This document shows positions 40,011 through 52,830 of a stretch of DNA of 64,000 bases, one piece after another. The stretch lies in NCBI RefSeq assembly GCF_030684315.1, contig NC_081393.1, forward strand, positions 16,735,479-16,799,478. The letters run 5' to 3'. Within the stretch, counting starts at the first letter, position 1. Every line of letters starts with the position of its first letter. The notes beneath the pieces were generated by a model, which had not been told where the DNA came from, did no database searches, and was given only the letters and a program-made list of their open reading frames with translations. The translations under genes were made by a program, and so were the position numbers. Source of the stretch: Stegostoma tigrinum (lineage: Eukaryota).

Positions 40011-43000
40011 CTAACACTCAAAATTCTCACTGCCATCGGAGCGGAGGGGAAAAAGGAACTGAAACTTCGTTTTTACCCAGTACTTGTGCAACAGAGTAAA
40101 CCTTCCTCTGCACTATCCACCAACACTCCTAGGAAAGGGATAGCCCAGATGAGATTCAGTGAAGCTCCCACTATAATGTCTGTAGGCTCTATCATTACCC
40201 CAAAGTCATACAATATGGGTGCATGCCTGTACCTTCTAAAAGCTGTCTGATTAGCCCCACTTCCAAGCATTCCTCAGCACCTGACAATTTTTTAAAACAC
40301 TTTTACTTTCATTGCCCCTTCAGAGAGTACACGTTAGATCATAACTTGAGATAAATATGATCACCAGCTCAATTTCTGCCCCTGACCCAGATTGCTAACT
40401 ATCTTCCTAGCAGAAACAATTTCTCTCTATTTGCTCCAAACTCCCTAAAGGCTTGGAGCAACTCCACTAAATCTAATTCCTCACTTCATTCCTGGGGAAA
40501 AAAGCTCAGTTTGTGCAGCCACTAATCTGTCAGCTTTATGGTCAACATAAGCCCAATCTACTCCTGGCTATGACACGATTGCTATTCTTTAATGATTACG
40601 GTCTCATGTTTACCCACGAGGATGGCTTCACTCTCACAGAACTCTTAAAAAGGCTGAATTACATACTGCCAGATTAACCCACACTGATTCATAATAAGAG
40701 GACAAGAGCTGCCACGGGGAGCAGGGGCGGTCAGTTTAATGAATGATCTCATAGACCGGTACGATGTGCAAGCTAAAAAAAAAGTAGTTTGTAACTTCGT
40801 TGCAAGGCAGTTTGATACAGAACCTCACTAATTCACCTAATTCCCCACTTAAATCACAGTGTTTGCTGACATCAAAAGACCAGATGCTCTACTGTGCAGG
40901 AAAACAGGGTCCCTCATGACAGGGTCTCTGCTACATTTCCTGATCAGCTCATTCCTACATCTCCTCCTATCTCATACACACACACCCCCACCCCAATACA
41001 GTACAATTAGTGACTGCCACTCAGCCCATCAGCTGGAACCCAACAGCAGGCATCAAGCAGAGGAGCTCCACGTTCCCCATTTTTCGTCACTCATCATTTG
41101 ACTGGCAGAAGTTGTGCCCAGTAGATCGGACAACAGTGAGAACCTCCAATCACCAAGTGCTCAGATCCCTCTACAGCCAGTTTCAAAACTGGCCGATTCT
41201 GCGCTCAAGCAATCCCAATTATAACCACCTCACCGAGGATTTTTTGTCCAACTGCCAGATCCCAAACACTGGAATTCCCTTCCGATACTTCTGTCTTCTC
41301 CTCCTCCATCAAGACACTCCTTAAAACTTAGCTTTCTGCCAAAATGTTTCCGTACCTCCATTTGTGGTTTCAGCAAGGGGAGCGCCATGGAACTACTTGT
41401 TTCTCCAAAACATTAAAATCCACTACTCAAGAGATGTGAAACCTCTCACCCTTCTGATTCTGGTCTACACAAAGCTGCAGTCCAACTCCCCAGAACTAAA
41501 CGATTAGAGTTCTCCCCAACACAAATGACAGTTCATTCACATGGCCCTCCCAGTGACACAACCAGGGGCCAAAGATTCTCCACATAAAACGCCTTCAAGT
41601 GCTGAACAATTACATCGCCAATAACTCGAAATAACGTCCAAACAAGCCAACCAATGCCAATGGGGCAAAGCAGCAATCCGCATTCCGTGTCACGGTACAC
41701 CTTGGAATGTTTAAATACCTGAGCCACAGCTTAACAGCACAGAGAAAAAGCCTTGTTGTGGTTATATGTCGATCGAGTTGACCAACTGTCGAGGCTCACC
41801 CCTCAGCCTTGAAACACCAGACCCACAAAAGCCACATTCTACCCCCCCAACTCTTGCAGAAACTGGACTCCAGTCCCAGGGAATAGGGCAGTGCTCTTCT
41901 GAAGCTTGCATATGCGTGCTTATTCAGGCATAGTGCCAAGACTCTCACTAATATATAGCTGGATTGTATCAAAGACTCAGATCCTAAGTACCAATTAGCA
42001 CAATCCTGTGCTGATCTATACCTCACTGTTGTCTGCAAACCTGTCCAACGATTGCAAACGAACAGTTTGGTTCCCCCACTGTCTCATGTTGGGGGCCTAT
42101 TTTTCCTCATGGGAAGCATGTCTGAAGGGAGCAATCTTCTCGAATCATCTCCACCCTGTATTATTCACAACACATGCTGAGAAAGTTATTTATTTTAAAA
42201 CCCTTCTCTCCCACTGGGCAGTCGCTCATTCAGATCACAGACAACCATTCACCTCAGGCATCCAAATCCAGCCTTCTCTAGAAGTGTCTGATAGGGACCG
42301 TGTGTAGAGAAATCTCTTTGCAATTTGAAGTGCACAGAATTGGCTTTACCTTCTGTTTAAAAACAGTCAAGAAAACCAAACTCAGTATCTAGCCTCATGC
42401 TGTGTCTTTCCTGGGAGTGTCTGATGAGACAGCACAGATGAATCTTTTTAGTTTCATTTTAAATAGCAGACGGCTTAACTCTTTATTGAATACCAAGTTT
42501 TACATGACCTGGAATTATGAGATGGGGACCATGTCAAAAGACCTCTCTTTTCAGCTTTAAAGGGCACCAAGTGTTACTTTCTATCACGTCTGTGCTGTAC
42601 CTGTACTGGGAACGTTTAACCCAGTTCGATAACACAGAACAGACACATTTTGTATCAAGTATAGGAAACATCCTGTAACAGAATAGACCGAATTCTCCCA
42701 GTGGCAACGCGTGATTTAAGACCAAGACATACACTAGTGTGACACAGAGATACATAGTCCCATCCTCCAGCTGGTCAATTCCAGCTTCAATTATCTGAAA
42801 GCAAACCCTTTAAAGGGGTTTCCTGGTGTATGTCACAAAGCGCAAAAGCACAAGTGCTGTACAGCAGATTAGTAGCAGCTCCTAGAGATTCTTTCCTCCC
42901 TCCCTGTTCACATTCACTCTTCATATTGAAGGCTCCTCTGGTCTGCAACATCCCAAGACCAAGTATTCTTCTCCAGATCCAAATCAGAAAAATAAGATAA

Positions 43001-45170
43001 TTCAAAACCCTCTCTGCAGGATACAGTACCAGACTGAAAAACTCAAGGGAGTGCACACTGATCATTCAAATAAAAAAGGTGGTACCAAGACCCACCTGAG
43101 ACAGGAGCAAGAACAGACCAGATTGACTGGATGCCATTACACAGATACCCATGGGCACAAAAATCACCAAAATTCTCTACCACAATGACTGCACTTCCAA
43201 GGTAATTCAGTGGTTTACAGTAGATTGAGATTGTGAAAGGTCATACAAATAAACTAGCATGCTTAACTGCCTCATAAGCACTCACATACGTGACCAAGGC
43301 TGGAGTAACCAGCAGTTACAGCTCAGTGACCTTGAAGCAACAAGCCTAAAGTGCTGCTCCAAGTTTGTTAAACTTCATTTATGGCCATTACATAATGCAC
43401 GAGGGAGGAAAATAAATCCACACAAACCCAAACCACCTTAACATGCATGCTGCACGACCTTCAAAATGTGGCAAAGAAACAGATTTGATCAAGCGCCCCG
43501 AAAGGGAAAGGCACCAGGACATTTAGGGAGTGAATTCCAGAATGCCCCTTCATTCCGAGTCATGGTTGTCAACGGTGCAGCAATGAAAAGCAGAAGAGAC
43601 TAGAGTTAAAGGAACATAAAGACTGTAAAGGGTGGCAGAAGGTATAGGATTAAGTGCTGACATCAAGACGGGATTTGAAATCAGGGACAAGACTGAAAAG
43701 AAGGGAAAAAAGGGACATTCACGAGCACCCAGAGACATGAGTCATGAAGGGCAAGTGACACCCAAGTACATTACTGAGAAAGTAAACAATCTAAATCCGT
43801 CCCTTACTCAGACACCAGTGCAACAAATGAATTGCAATTTGAGATGCAGCCAGAGTACGGCTAAGACATGGCCCAAATTTGAGCAGGAGTGTTTCAACAA
43901 GGAGATAGGGCAAAAACAAACAAAACAGTCTGACCCCTCGAGGGGCACAGGGCAACAGAAGACATTAGGACGTCTATTAACACTCGACCGCACTATTGGT
44001 TATACAAAAGCAACTCTGCAGGTGCCGACCAGCCAGGCAAGACACAGTAGCCTAAATTTTGTCCCACAAAACCATGGAATCTGCACTTTTGCACATCCTA
44101 ACCTACAATACAGCCACCATTAGGAAAGCTCTGCTGTTTGCACCCTCACTCTCTGCACTTTGAGAATGCCCAGAGGTGGTGAAATGCAATGCCTTCTATC
44201 GTACCTCGCTAAGCAAGCTTCCAGCTTGAAGCATCAACACACTTTCATGACTAACTCAAAAACGATGTCACAAAACTTGCTGAGATGTTAAACAGGGTTG
44301 CTCGGCATTGTGAAGTGAAAACCATGAACCCAGCATGAGATGAGAAAAGCAGGGCGTGTACGAACAAGGTATGAACACAGAGGGTTCATAAAATCTCCTC
44401 AACAATCAGAGAGGATCATTGTTCAGAGAATTGCCTGACACAGAAATACTGAGCCGAGGACTCTACAGCATTTCACCTTTTTGAACATACAATTGAGGAG
44501 GAGTCAGGCCAGTCAGCCCTTCACATTCCTCAACCACTCAAAATCAAGGCACGCACATTAGTGATCCATCTACCTCAGCTTTACATATACACTACACTCT
44601 TGCCTACAATGCTGGCAGGAAATTAGATTAAACAAACTAATGACCCTGAAGAGAAAACATTCTCACCCCCTTCTTCAATGAGACCCCTTATTGAAAAACT
44701 ATGCTACCCTTTTGAGGTAGAACCTCCACCTACAACCCCCACCCCAAAAATAGGGTAACTCAATGATCTGAACACAATCCCAAGTGGAAAGGCACTGAAA
44801 GCTGTCCAAAGAGCTAACTATAGTGAGAACCCAATAACAGACAATAGATTAAATTTAATCCTCCCCATCAAGCCCAAGATCAGGTTAAATGTTCATCCTG
44901 TAAACTGCCCTTTTCTACATATCAAAAACACATTCTCGGTCACTGAAGGTCAGAGGAGCTCCAACCTGATGCGTTTGCCATTTAATCACAAACCACAGTC
45001 CTGGTGCATAACCTATGTTTGGGCTGCTGCGTGCACGGTGGTAGTGATTGAACAGAAAATGTCTTGTCTTCAGAAAGTGAAGAGGAGCAGCTTGGGAAGA
45101 AGGGTGGAGAGAACAGAAGGACCACACGTGCACCAACTGCGTGCAAACAGACCATGCACACAGTACGTAT

Positions 45171-45195
45171 ACACACACACACACACACACACACA
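45171..45195. repeat. (CA)n microsatellite in CNNM4 intron 1
   Basis: About 12 AC dinucleotides. Confidence 0.9.
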
Positions 45196-46763
45196 GGACT
45201 GGGAAAAGAAACGGAGAAGGGGAAACCCGAGATATCAGACAGCATTACCGAGCTGCACATCAATTACGCAGCTTTTTTAAAAAGTCTTCAATGGTTGAAG
45301 CTCATCTTTTCCACAATCTGACACAATTGTACTGTTTTGAGTTCTGTCGCAGCTGTTCTGATAACACCTGGACCAGCAGGTTGGAAACCATCGTCTTCCC
45401 CACTTCTCTCCCAAATCTGTGGCTTATCATCCTCCTTTGTTGTTCAGTAGCTGCTGATGACTAGTTTACATCAAAGCAAAGGGAAATTTATACATGAGTA
45501 CAATTGCATACCTAGATTATCACAGCCACTCTAGAATCCAGGCCACAAACATGAGCCACACCATAACTCACACACACCACTCCATCACAAACCAGAGACA
45601 CTGGTAACTGTAAACAAAGCTCCCTCTAAACTGCGTGTAACCCAAGCAGCAGTACTGCAAAGACTGAAGATTAACCAGGAGTATATGCAAACAGTCGAGG
45701 GTACAGGTAAAGGAAGCATTCCAAAAGACAAACCATCCACCCGAGTGAGTCAAGCGACAGTCCAGAGTGGTGGTCAGCGGTCTCGGAACAGGTTATAGAG
45801 TGAAAGCTCAATGCAGGGACTGCCAGTGCCAGCTAAGAGTGAGACAATAAAGAGGAAATGGCAGAGGATTGTCAACCTACCGAGCTAGGAGACAGCGGCT
45901 TTTGACACGCGAGTTTATGTCAAGGTCTTGGAAAGAATACAGTGGAGTATAATCGCAGAAGTAGCAGGGACAGGATGCGGGAGATTTGAATTACCCAGGA
46001 GATGCTGGGGCTATTCTCTGGCAATTACATGAGCTGAAGGAAACTGTGACGAAAAGTGAGCAAAATTAAACTGCTTGGCAGTAAAAGAGATCCGCTCCTG
46101 AAACTTTTGGTCTTGCAGTCATCAGCGCAATAAAACTGCACACGCACAGATTGTAAAACATTGCAATCGTTAGCTGTGTGGCTTTTCTGCATTCATCCTG
46201 ACGATTCCAAGGGAAACAGCTCTGGCAACGGAGTCTCTTTTCACCAAGGTTCACGTTGGCTGCAAAGGGCTTGCCAGGGTAAAGGAAGAAAAATAATTTG
46301 CTGCAGCAAATTGGTAACCAGGGATCAGAAAATAAAAATACCTTGCAGTGACTAGACAATCAACGCAGTTAGGGGGAGAATTATTTTCCCTCCCGAAAGG
46401 CCAAACCACAGTCTGAGATTTAAGGGTTAGATTATCAGCTCTCAATTCCTCCTTTAAGGACTCAAGTGCTTTACTTAACGATTACTTCCCTCCTATGCTA
46501 AACCGTTCCTTGCTACCAAAACCCTTCATACCTCTAACTAATGGTGAGTCTTTAGATCAGTGCTCTTGGGCTAACTGCCTGCACAGCCAGTTATACCTCT
46601 GCTACAGGGCACAATGCGTGCCAGCAATAAGCACAGTCAGTCTACTCCTGTCAACAAACAGGGCACCAACAGGAGGAGAAAGGAAGGGATCAAGCTCTTA
46701 CGGCTGCAGCCCCAACAACCCAAAAGGGGGCTCAGCTCAGAACGCCAGCCCCATGACACTCAC

Positions 46764-48195
46764 CCTGCTTGAACTCCTCCAGCATCGTGTCCAGCCGGGT
46801 GTCGTAGAACACAAAGTGCAATGGGTGGCTGTAGAACTTGGTGATTGTCTTGAGGGGAACACAGTCATCAGGGTCAACAAAGGCCAGGTCCTTGACGTAC
46901 AGGATGTCAACGATGTTCGACTTCTCCTGCTCGTAGACAGGGATCCGGGTGTAGCCTGTCTCCATGATCTCTGACATGGTGCTGAAGTCAAGGATGGCAT
47001 CACTCGATACCATAAAGCAGTCGTGGATGGGTGTCATGATATCCTCCACCGTCTTGCTGCGCAGCTCCAGGGCACCCTGGATCATGTTGAGCTCATCGGC
47101 CTCGAGGCCATTGTACGGGCCCGTCACCTTGAGCATCTCCAGGATTTTCTCACGGCTGTAGACCTTACCGATCTCCTGGCCCAGCACACAGTCCAACATC
47201 TTGCTGATGGGGTAGGAGAGAGGGAAGGTCAGCACCATGAAGAACTTGGTCAGCAGCACCGTGTGGGCACCCACCGCCAGCCCATGCCGTGAGCACAGCG
47301 CCTGGGGCACAATCTCACCCAGGATGACGATGCCCACTGTGGAAGCCACTACAGTGACCCAGCCAGTGCCCAGCAGGCCGTCCAACAGCACAGTCAGGGT
47401 GGTGTTCACCAGGACGTTGCCCAGCAGCAGGGAGCACAGCAAGTAGTTGCCCTGGCGGCGGACGGGCTCGATGCAGCGGGCGTGCCGCCTCTCGGTCTCG
47501 GTGCCGCAGTTCTGCACGATCCGCAGCTCCATGGGGTCCAGGGCCATCAGGCCCAGGTTGAGGCCAGAGAACATGCCCGAGAGCACCAGCAGCAGCGCAG
47601 TGAGGATGATCTGCAGCCAGAAGGGAAGCAGCGGCGGCGTCTCCTCGTGCACCCTCAGGCGGCTGTCGGGCTCCGAGTGCAGCAGCCAGGCCGAGCTGGC
47701 CTCGTCCCCGGGAGGGCGGCTGCACAGGCCGAACAGCCGGCTCTTCTCCTGCTTGCGGAGGGGCTGCACCCGCACGGTGAGCAGGCCCGACGTCTCCCGC
47801 CTCTCCTCCACCCCGGGCTTCACCTCCAGGTCGCGGCTGCGGGAAGGGCAGGCCCGCCTCACGCTCCAGTTCGCCGAGCCCTCCTCGGGGCCCAGCTCGG
47901 CGAAGCCCACCCTCCTCCAGGTGCCGGCGTCGATGCCCCGGCCGAAGATCCGCAGCTTGACCGTCTGGCCCTCCAGGACCCGTAGCACCTCCCCGGCCCC
48001 CTCCACCGCCGCCGACCCCTCCTCCTCCTGGAGCGGCCGCTCTACTGCCACCAGCCGCAGCCCGTAAATACCGGTCTCCAGCCCCGTTTCGTTCAACGCC
48101 TCGGCCCTGCCCCAGGCGTGCAGCAGCGTCGCCAGAGCTGTCACAGCGGCCGCTAGGCTCCAACCACAGGTCCGCCGCCCCACCAACAGCGCCAT
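46764..48195 (-). CDS. CNNM4: CNNM4 coding exon 1
   Basis: First in-frame ATG at 48195 (aagATGGCG), followed by a hydrophobic signal-peptide-like stretch, DUF21 and CBS1. Donor CAGG|GTGAGT at 46764/46763. Confidence 0.94.
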
Positions 48196-48830
48196 CTTGA
48201 CTGAAACTGTCCCTGCCCCGCCGCCGACCCTCACCTCGAGACACTGACGGACCCGCCCCGCCACTCACCACCTTGGCCAATCCTCCACCTCCTCCCGCCC
48301 TGCTCGCCAACTCCATTGGCTATAATGCGCGTCTGTCCGGGTTCCCGCTCCACAATTGGCTGGGACTCGACACTATTTCCTTTCGATTGGTCACGCAGCC
48401 ACGCCCGACCTTTCAACGCCTCTGCGAATCGTGAGCCGTCTCCCGCCCGTAACCTACGTCCATTGGCCAGTATGCACATCAATCGATGGTTGCATGTTCC
48501 CATTGGTTGCTCGTTAACGGAACATCGCATTCGTATTGGTCATCTCTGTCACACGGCTTCGCCTCTCGACCGCCTCCCTCAATGCCTCACCAATCTAAAC
48601 GTCGTCCAGCCCTGTAGTCCGTATGTTGTTGGCTGGGCCACCATAACTTCCTGCTTTTCCATTGGATAGACCACCAGTCACTCAGTCACGCCTTTCCGTC
48701 CTATTGGCTATGTGGACGCCAATCATTATATCCCTGTGTTCCGTTGAGCACCTTGCCACGCCCCGTCCTTACGCCCGGAATCTATTGGCTCGAATGGTAT
48801 CAATCAAACGATAAAGGGGCGGAAACAAAT
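48196..48830 (-). promoter_or_regulatory. CNNM4 CpG-island promoter with a dense CCAAT (NF-Y) array and GC boxes
   Basis: 12 perfect CCAAT/ATTGG pentamers between 48277 and 48788. GC boxes near 48252, 48294 and 48816. CpG-rich. Confidence 0.75.
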
Positions 48831-49115
48831 TGCAGCAAAAACTTAACGAGACGTGAGCTCAGAACTCAAGAGAGTTCAGAACCACAGGGAGAAGTGGACA
48901 GAGACCATCAAAGAAAGCCCTGCCCAAATGGTTAAATATTTACACTCCCAGCCACCATTTGTTCTCCATTCCTAATTGACCTTGATTAGCCTGGGTCTCA
49001 TGGTCATTTCAGAGAACAATTAAGAGTCAACCACATTAGTGTGCGTTTGAAGATACATGTAGACCAGACCAATACAATACAGAAGATTTCTTTGCTAGAA
49101 AGACCTTAATGAACC

Positions 49116-49212
49116 TATTTCTGAAGAAGGGTCTCGACCCGGAAAGTCACCTTTCCTGCTCCTGTGACGCTGATTGCCCTGTTGTGTTCATCCAGCTCTG
49201 CACCTTATTATC
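49116..49212 (+). mobile_element. Penelope-terminus mini-insertion, about 97 bp, inside a SINE
   Basis: Begins TATTTCTGAAGAAGGGTCTCGACCCGGAAAGTC. Exact 12-bp TSD CCTTAATGAACC at 49104-49115 and 49213-49224. Confidence 0.8.
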
Positions 49213-49789
49213 CCTTAATGAACCAGATAGGTTTTTTAAACCATTAGTTCCACCAGCATAGTGAAACTACTTTTCAATTACAGATTTTACTCATAGAATT
49301 TGTCACCGCCCACCACCCCCCTCCCAACCATCAGACTGGGTATCACGATTAGAGTCCATGGATACTACAACGTGTCACTCCATGCAGCCAAAAATCTTTC
49401 TCGATTTAGAAAAATGCATGGCCCTTGCTGGTGACTACTTCGGATGCTACTGCACTACTCTGATGTGACTCACCATTGGCGAGCTCTGACCTAATTCTGC
49501 TCTACCAACGCCAAAGGTAAACCAGTCCTTCCCACCCCGGCATGCAAATTCAAGGCGCGCTGCAGAGGTGTGTCAATACTCGGGGAGAAAGAATTCCACC
49601 TCAACAGATTTGTAGAACTGGTTAGATTGGTTTGTAGCTCTCCACTTATATTTACAGTCATAGAGTCAGACAGAATGGAAAAAGATCTTTTGGTCCAATT
49701 AGTCCATGCCAACCATATTCCCAAACTAAACTAGATCCAATTGTCTGCATTTGGCCCCTAACTCTTCAAACCTTTCTTACTTATGTAAA

Positions 49790-50090
49790 AACCACAAGAA
49801 TTGCGGAGGCCACAAATCAGAAATAAAAACAGAAGTTACCGGAAAGGCTCAGCCCGTCCAGCAGCATCTGTGAGGAGAAATCAGAGCCAACGTTCGGGCG
49901 TGGTGAACCTTCCTCAGGAGTGGTGTAGCCAGAAAAATGTCGGTTTATATGCAGCAGATAGGGTGGGGGGAGGGAGTCAGGAGTAAACTAGGTGGTGGGG
50001 ATAGAGCCCATAGAGAGAGATATGAACAGTTGGACATACAAAAGAGTGAATAACAATCTGGCTGGGAGAGTGATAAGCTGTTAACGGAGA
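49790..50090 (-). mobile_element. Penelope-like terminal repeat; its inverted partner is at about 52580-52830
   Basis: The reverse complement matches 52610-52830 (ctatccccac...ccctatc..ctgcatataaacc...ctgaggaa..ggtc), ending in the same hammerhead-like/tail sequence. Confidence 0.65.
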
Positions 50091-50393
50091 ATGAAAACAA
50101 TAAATGCAGGAGATCACGGTGGGTCAGACATCCATGGAGAGAGGGCAAGGTAATGTTTCAAGTCTGGATGACTCTTCAGAGCTGAAGTTAAGTGTGGAGG
50201 AGACATCATTTAGATAATAGTTTGGCCAGCAGTGGGTATAGGATGCTGGTGGAGAAAAGATGTTGGTTCAGATTAAGTGATCGGAATCTGAGAATGGCAG
50301 AACAATGGTGTGTCTACTGCCAGACGAGAAGGCAGAAACTTGGACGGAGGGAGGGGTGGATAACAACCTAAAAGAAAGGGTTCCCAATTTATA

Positions 50394-52126
50394 ACACAGT
50401 GTGGAGCTGGGGGAACACAGGCAGCATCAGAGGAGCAGGAAACTTGGAGTTTCAGGTTGGGACCATTCTTCAGAAATGGGGGAGGGGAAAGGGGGCTCCA
50501 AAATAAATAGAGAGAGGAGGGGTGGGGCTGGGGAAGATAGGTGGGATGGTGATAGGTGAGCACAAGTATGCAATGGTGGGGATTGCTCAGTTATGTGGGA
50601 GGAGCGGATTGGTGGGAGAGAAGATGGATGGGTCAAGGAGGCAGGGATGAGAGGGAGGGTTGGTCCTGGGATGAGGCTGGGGGTGGGGAGATTTTGAAAC
50701 CGGTAAAGTCCACATTGAGATCATTGGCTGTCAGCTCCCAAGGTGGAATATGAGGTGCTGTTTCTCCAGTTTCTGGGTGGCATCGATGTGACACTGGAGG
50801 AGGCCCAGGATAGACATGTCATCCAGGGAGTTGAGAGGGGAGTTGAAATGTTTTATGACTGGAAGGTGTTGTTTGTTGCGAACAGAGCGCAGGTGCTCTA
50901 CAGAGTGTTCTCCGAGCCTCTGCTTGGTCTCACCCATGTAGAGGAGGCCTCCTCTCACCCACCTTCCTGCAAGAATGTGATTCCCTACTCCCAGTTCCTC
51001 TGCCTCCACCGCATCTGCTCCCAAGATAGGATATTCCACTCCCAAACATCCCAGATTCTTCTTATTCCAAAGACTGCGACATCCCCTCCTTCAGTGGTCA
51101 AAAATGCTCTCAACTGCATCTCTTGCATTTCCTGCACCTCTGCCCTCACATCCCCTCCCCACAACAAAAACAAAGACAGAATCCCCCTTGTCCTCACATA
51201 CCATCCCAGTAATCCCTGGATTCAACGTATCATTCTCCACCACTTCCTCCACCTGCAACCTAACCCCACAACCAAGGATATATTTCCCTCCCCACCCCTA
51301 TCTGCCTTCCATAGGAACCAGTTTCTCCACGACTCCCTCGTCCGCTCCACACTCTCCACTAGCCCCACCACCCCCGACACCTTTCCCTGCAACTGCAGGA
51401 ATGCTACACCTACCCCGACATCTCCCCCCTCACCTCCTTCCAAGGACCCAAAGAAACTTTCCACATCAGACAGATGTTTACCTGCACGTCTGCTAATGAG
51501 GTCTATTGCATCCGCTGCTTCTGATGTGGCTTCCTCTACATTGTTGAGACCAAGCGGAGGCTCGGAGACTTTGTTGTAGAGCTCCTGTGCTGAGTTTGCG
51601 ACAAACGACAACACCTTCCAATCGTGAACCATTTCAACACCCCCTCCCACTCCCTGGACCCCCGGGCCGCCTCCAGTGTCGCAACGACGCCACCCGGAAA
51701 CTGGAGGAGCAACACCACATGTTCCACCTTGGGAGCCTACAACCCAAAGGTCTCATTGTGGACTTTACTGGCTTCAAAATCTCCCCACCTCTGGCCTCAT
51801 CCCAGGACCAACCCTCCCTCTCATCCCCACCTCCCTGACCCATCCATCTTCTCTCCGACCAATCTGCCCCTCCCACCTCACTGATCAATCCCCACCACTG
51901 CATACCTGCACTCACCTATCACCATCCCACCTACCTTCCCCAGCCCCCATCCCTTCTCTTTCTATTTATTTCAGAGCCCCTTCCCCCTCCCCATTTCTGA
52001 AGAACAGTTCCGACTCAAAACATCAGCTTTCCTGCTCCTCCAATGCTGCCTGACCTGCTGTGTGTTCCTCCAGTTCCACAATGTGTGATCTGTGATTCCG
52101 GCATCGGCAGTTCTTACCATCTCTGA
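50394..52126. mobile_element. Penelope-like retroelement remnant: inverted partial copy (about 50394-50946, minus) joined to a forward copy (about 50947-52126, plus)
   Basis: GIY-YIG peptide LYMGETKQRLGEHSVEHLRSVRNKQHLPVIKHFNS...LEKQHLIFHLGS. PLE C-terminal peptides IPYSQFLCLHRICS and RIPLVLTYHP. Flanked by an exact 14-bp direct repeat GTTCCCAATTTATA (50380-50393 and 52127-52140). Confidence 0.85.
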
Positions 52127-52140
52127 GTTCCCAATTTATA

Positions 52141-52520
52141 GGTGTTGAACTCAATATTGAGTCCAGAAGGCTGTAAAGTACCTAATCTGACGATAAGATA
52201 ACACAGTATGGAGCTGGAGGATCACAGCAGGCCAGGCAGCATCAGAGGAGCAGTAAAGTTGATGTTTTGGGTCAGGACCCTCCTTCTGATGTTGTTCCTC
52301 CAATTTGCACCATGAATCACTGGAACATTGCAGCATGCCGAAGACAGACATGTGGGCACGCAAGCAGGACACTGTGTTAAATGACCACCTGCAAGAAGGT
52401 CACAGTCCTGGTTACGCACAGACCAGAGGTATTACGCAAAACTGTCACCCAGTCCGCGTTTGGTTTCTCCAATGTAGAGTAGGCCACGTTGGGTGCAGCG
52501 AATACAATACACAAAACTGT
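52141..52520 (-). mobile_element. Older Penelope-like GIY-YIG fragment, split by the 50394-52126 insertion; its 3' part is at about 50090-50393
   Basis: The minus strand reads VYCIRCTQRGLLYIGETKR...MSVFGMLQC...KLEEQH...RLGTLQPSGLNIEFN, with frameshifts. Confidence 0.75.
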
Positions 52521-52579
52521 TAATGACCAACAATAGGTAGTGTGTAATGGCAGACGATGTGATATCAAGGCCATAACGG

Positions 52580-52830
52580 CTATTCGCTGTCCTAACCAGA
52601 TTGTTATACATTTCTTTATCTGTCCAACTGTTCTTCTTTGTCTTTGGGCTCTATCCCCACCTAATATTTACTCCTCACTCCCTCCCCCCACCCTATCTTC
52701 TGCATATAAACCAGCATTTTCCTAGTTACGTCAGGTCTGAGGAAAGGTCACCGGACCCAAAGCATTAACTCTGATTTCTCTTCACAGATGCTGCCAGACC
52801 TGCTCAGCTTTTCGAGCAACTTCTGCTTTT
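52580..52830 (+). mobile_element. Penelope-like terminal repeat (forward copy)
   Basis: Inverted homologue of 49790-50090. Contains CTGAGGAAAGGTCACCGGACCCAAAGC. Confidence 0.65.

Noticed and set aside
48196-48264. 23-aa N-terminal extension of CNNM4 from GTG 48264, and a 33-aa extension of LMAN2L from TTG 58814
   Set aside because: Non-ATG starts chosen by the ORF caller inside promoter or 5' UTR sequence. The downstream ATGs have good Kozak context and precede signal peptides.
50743-51579. 278-aa ORF as a novel gene
   Set aside because: It is a chimera across the inversion junction of a decayed Penelope element.
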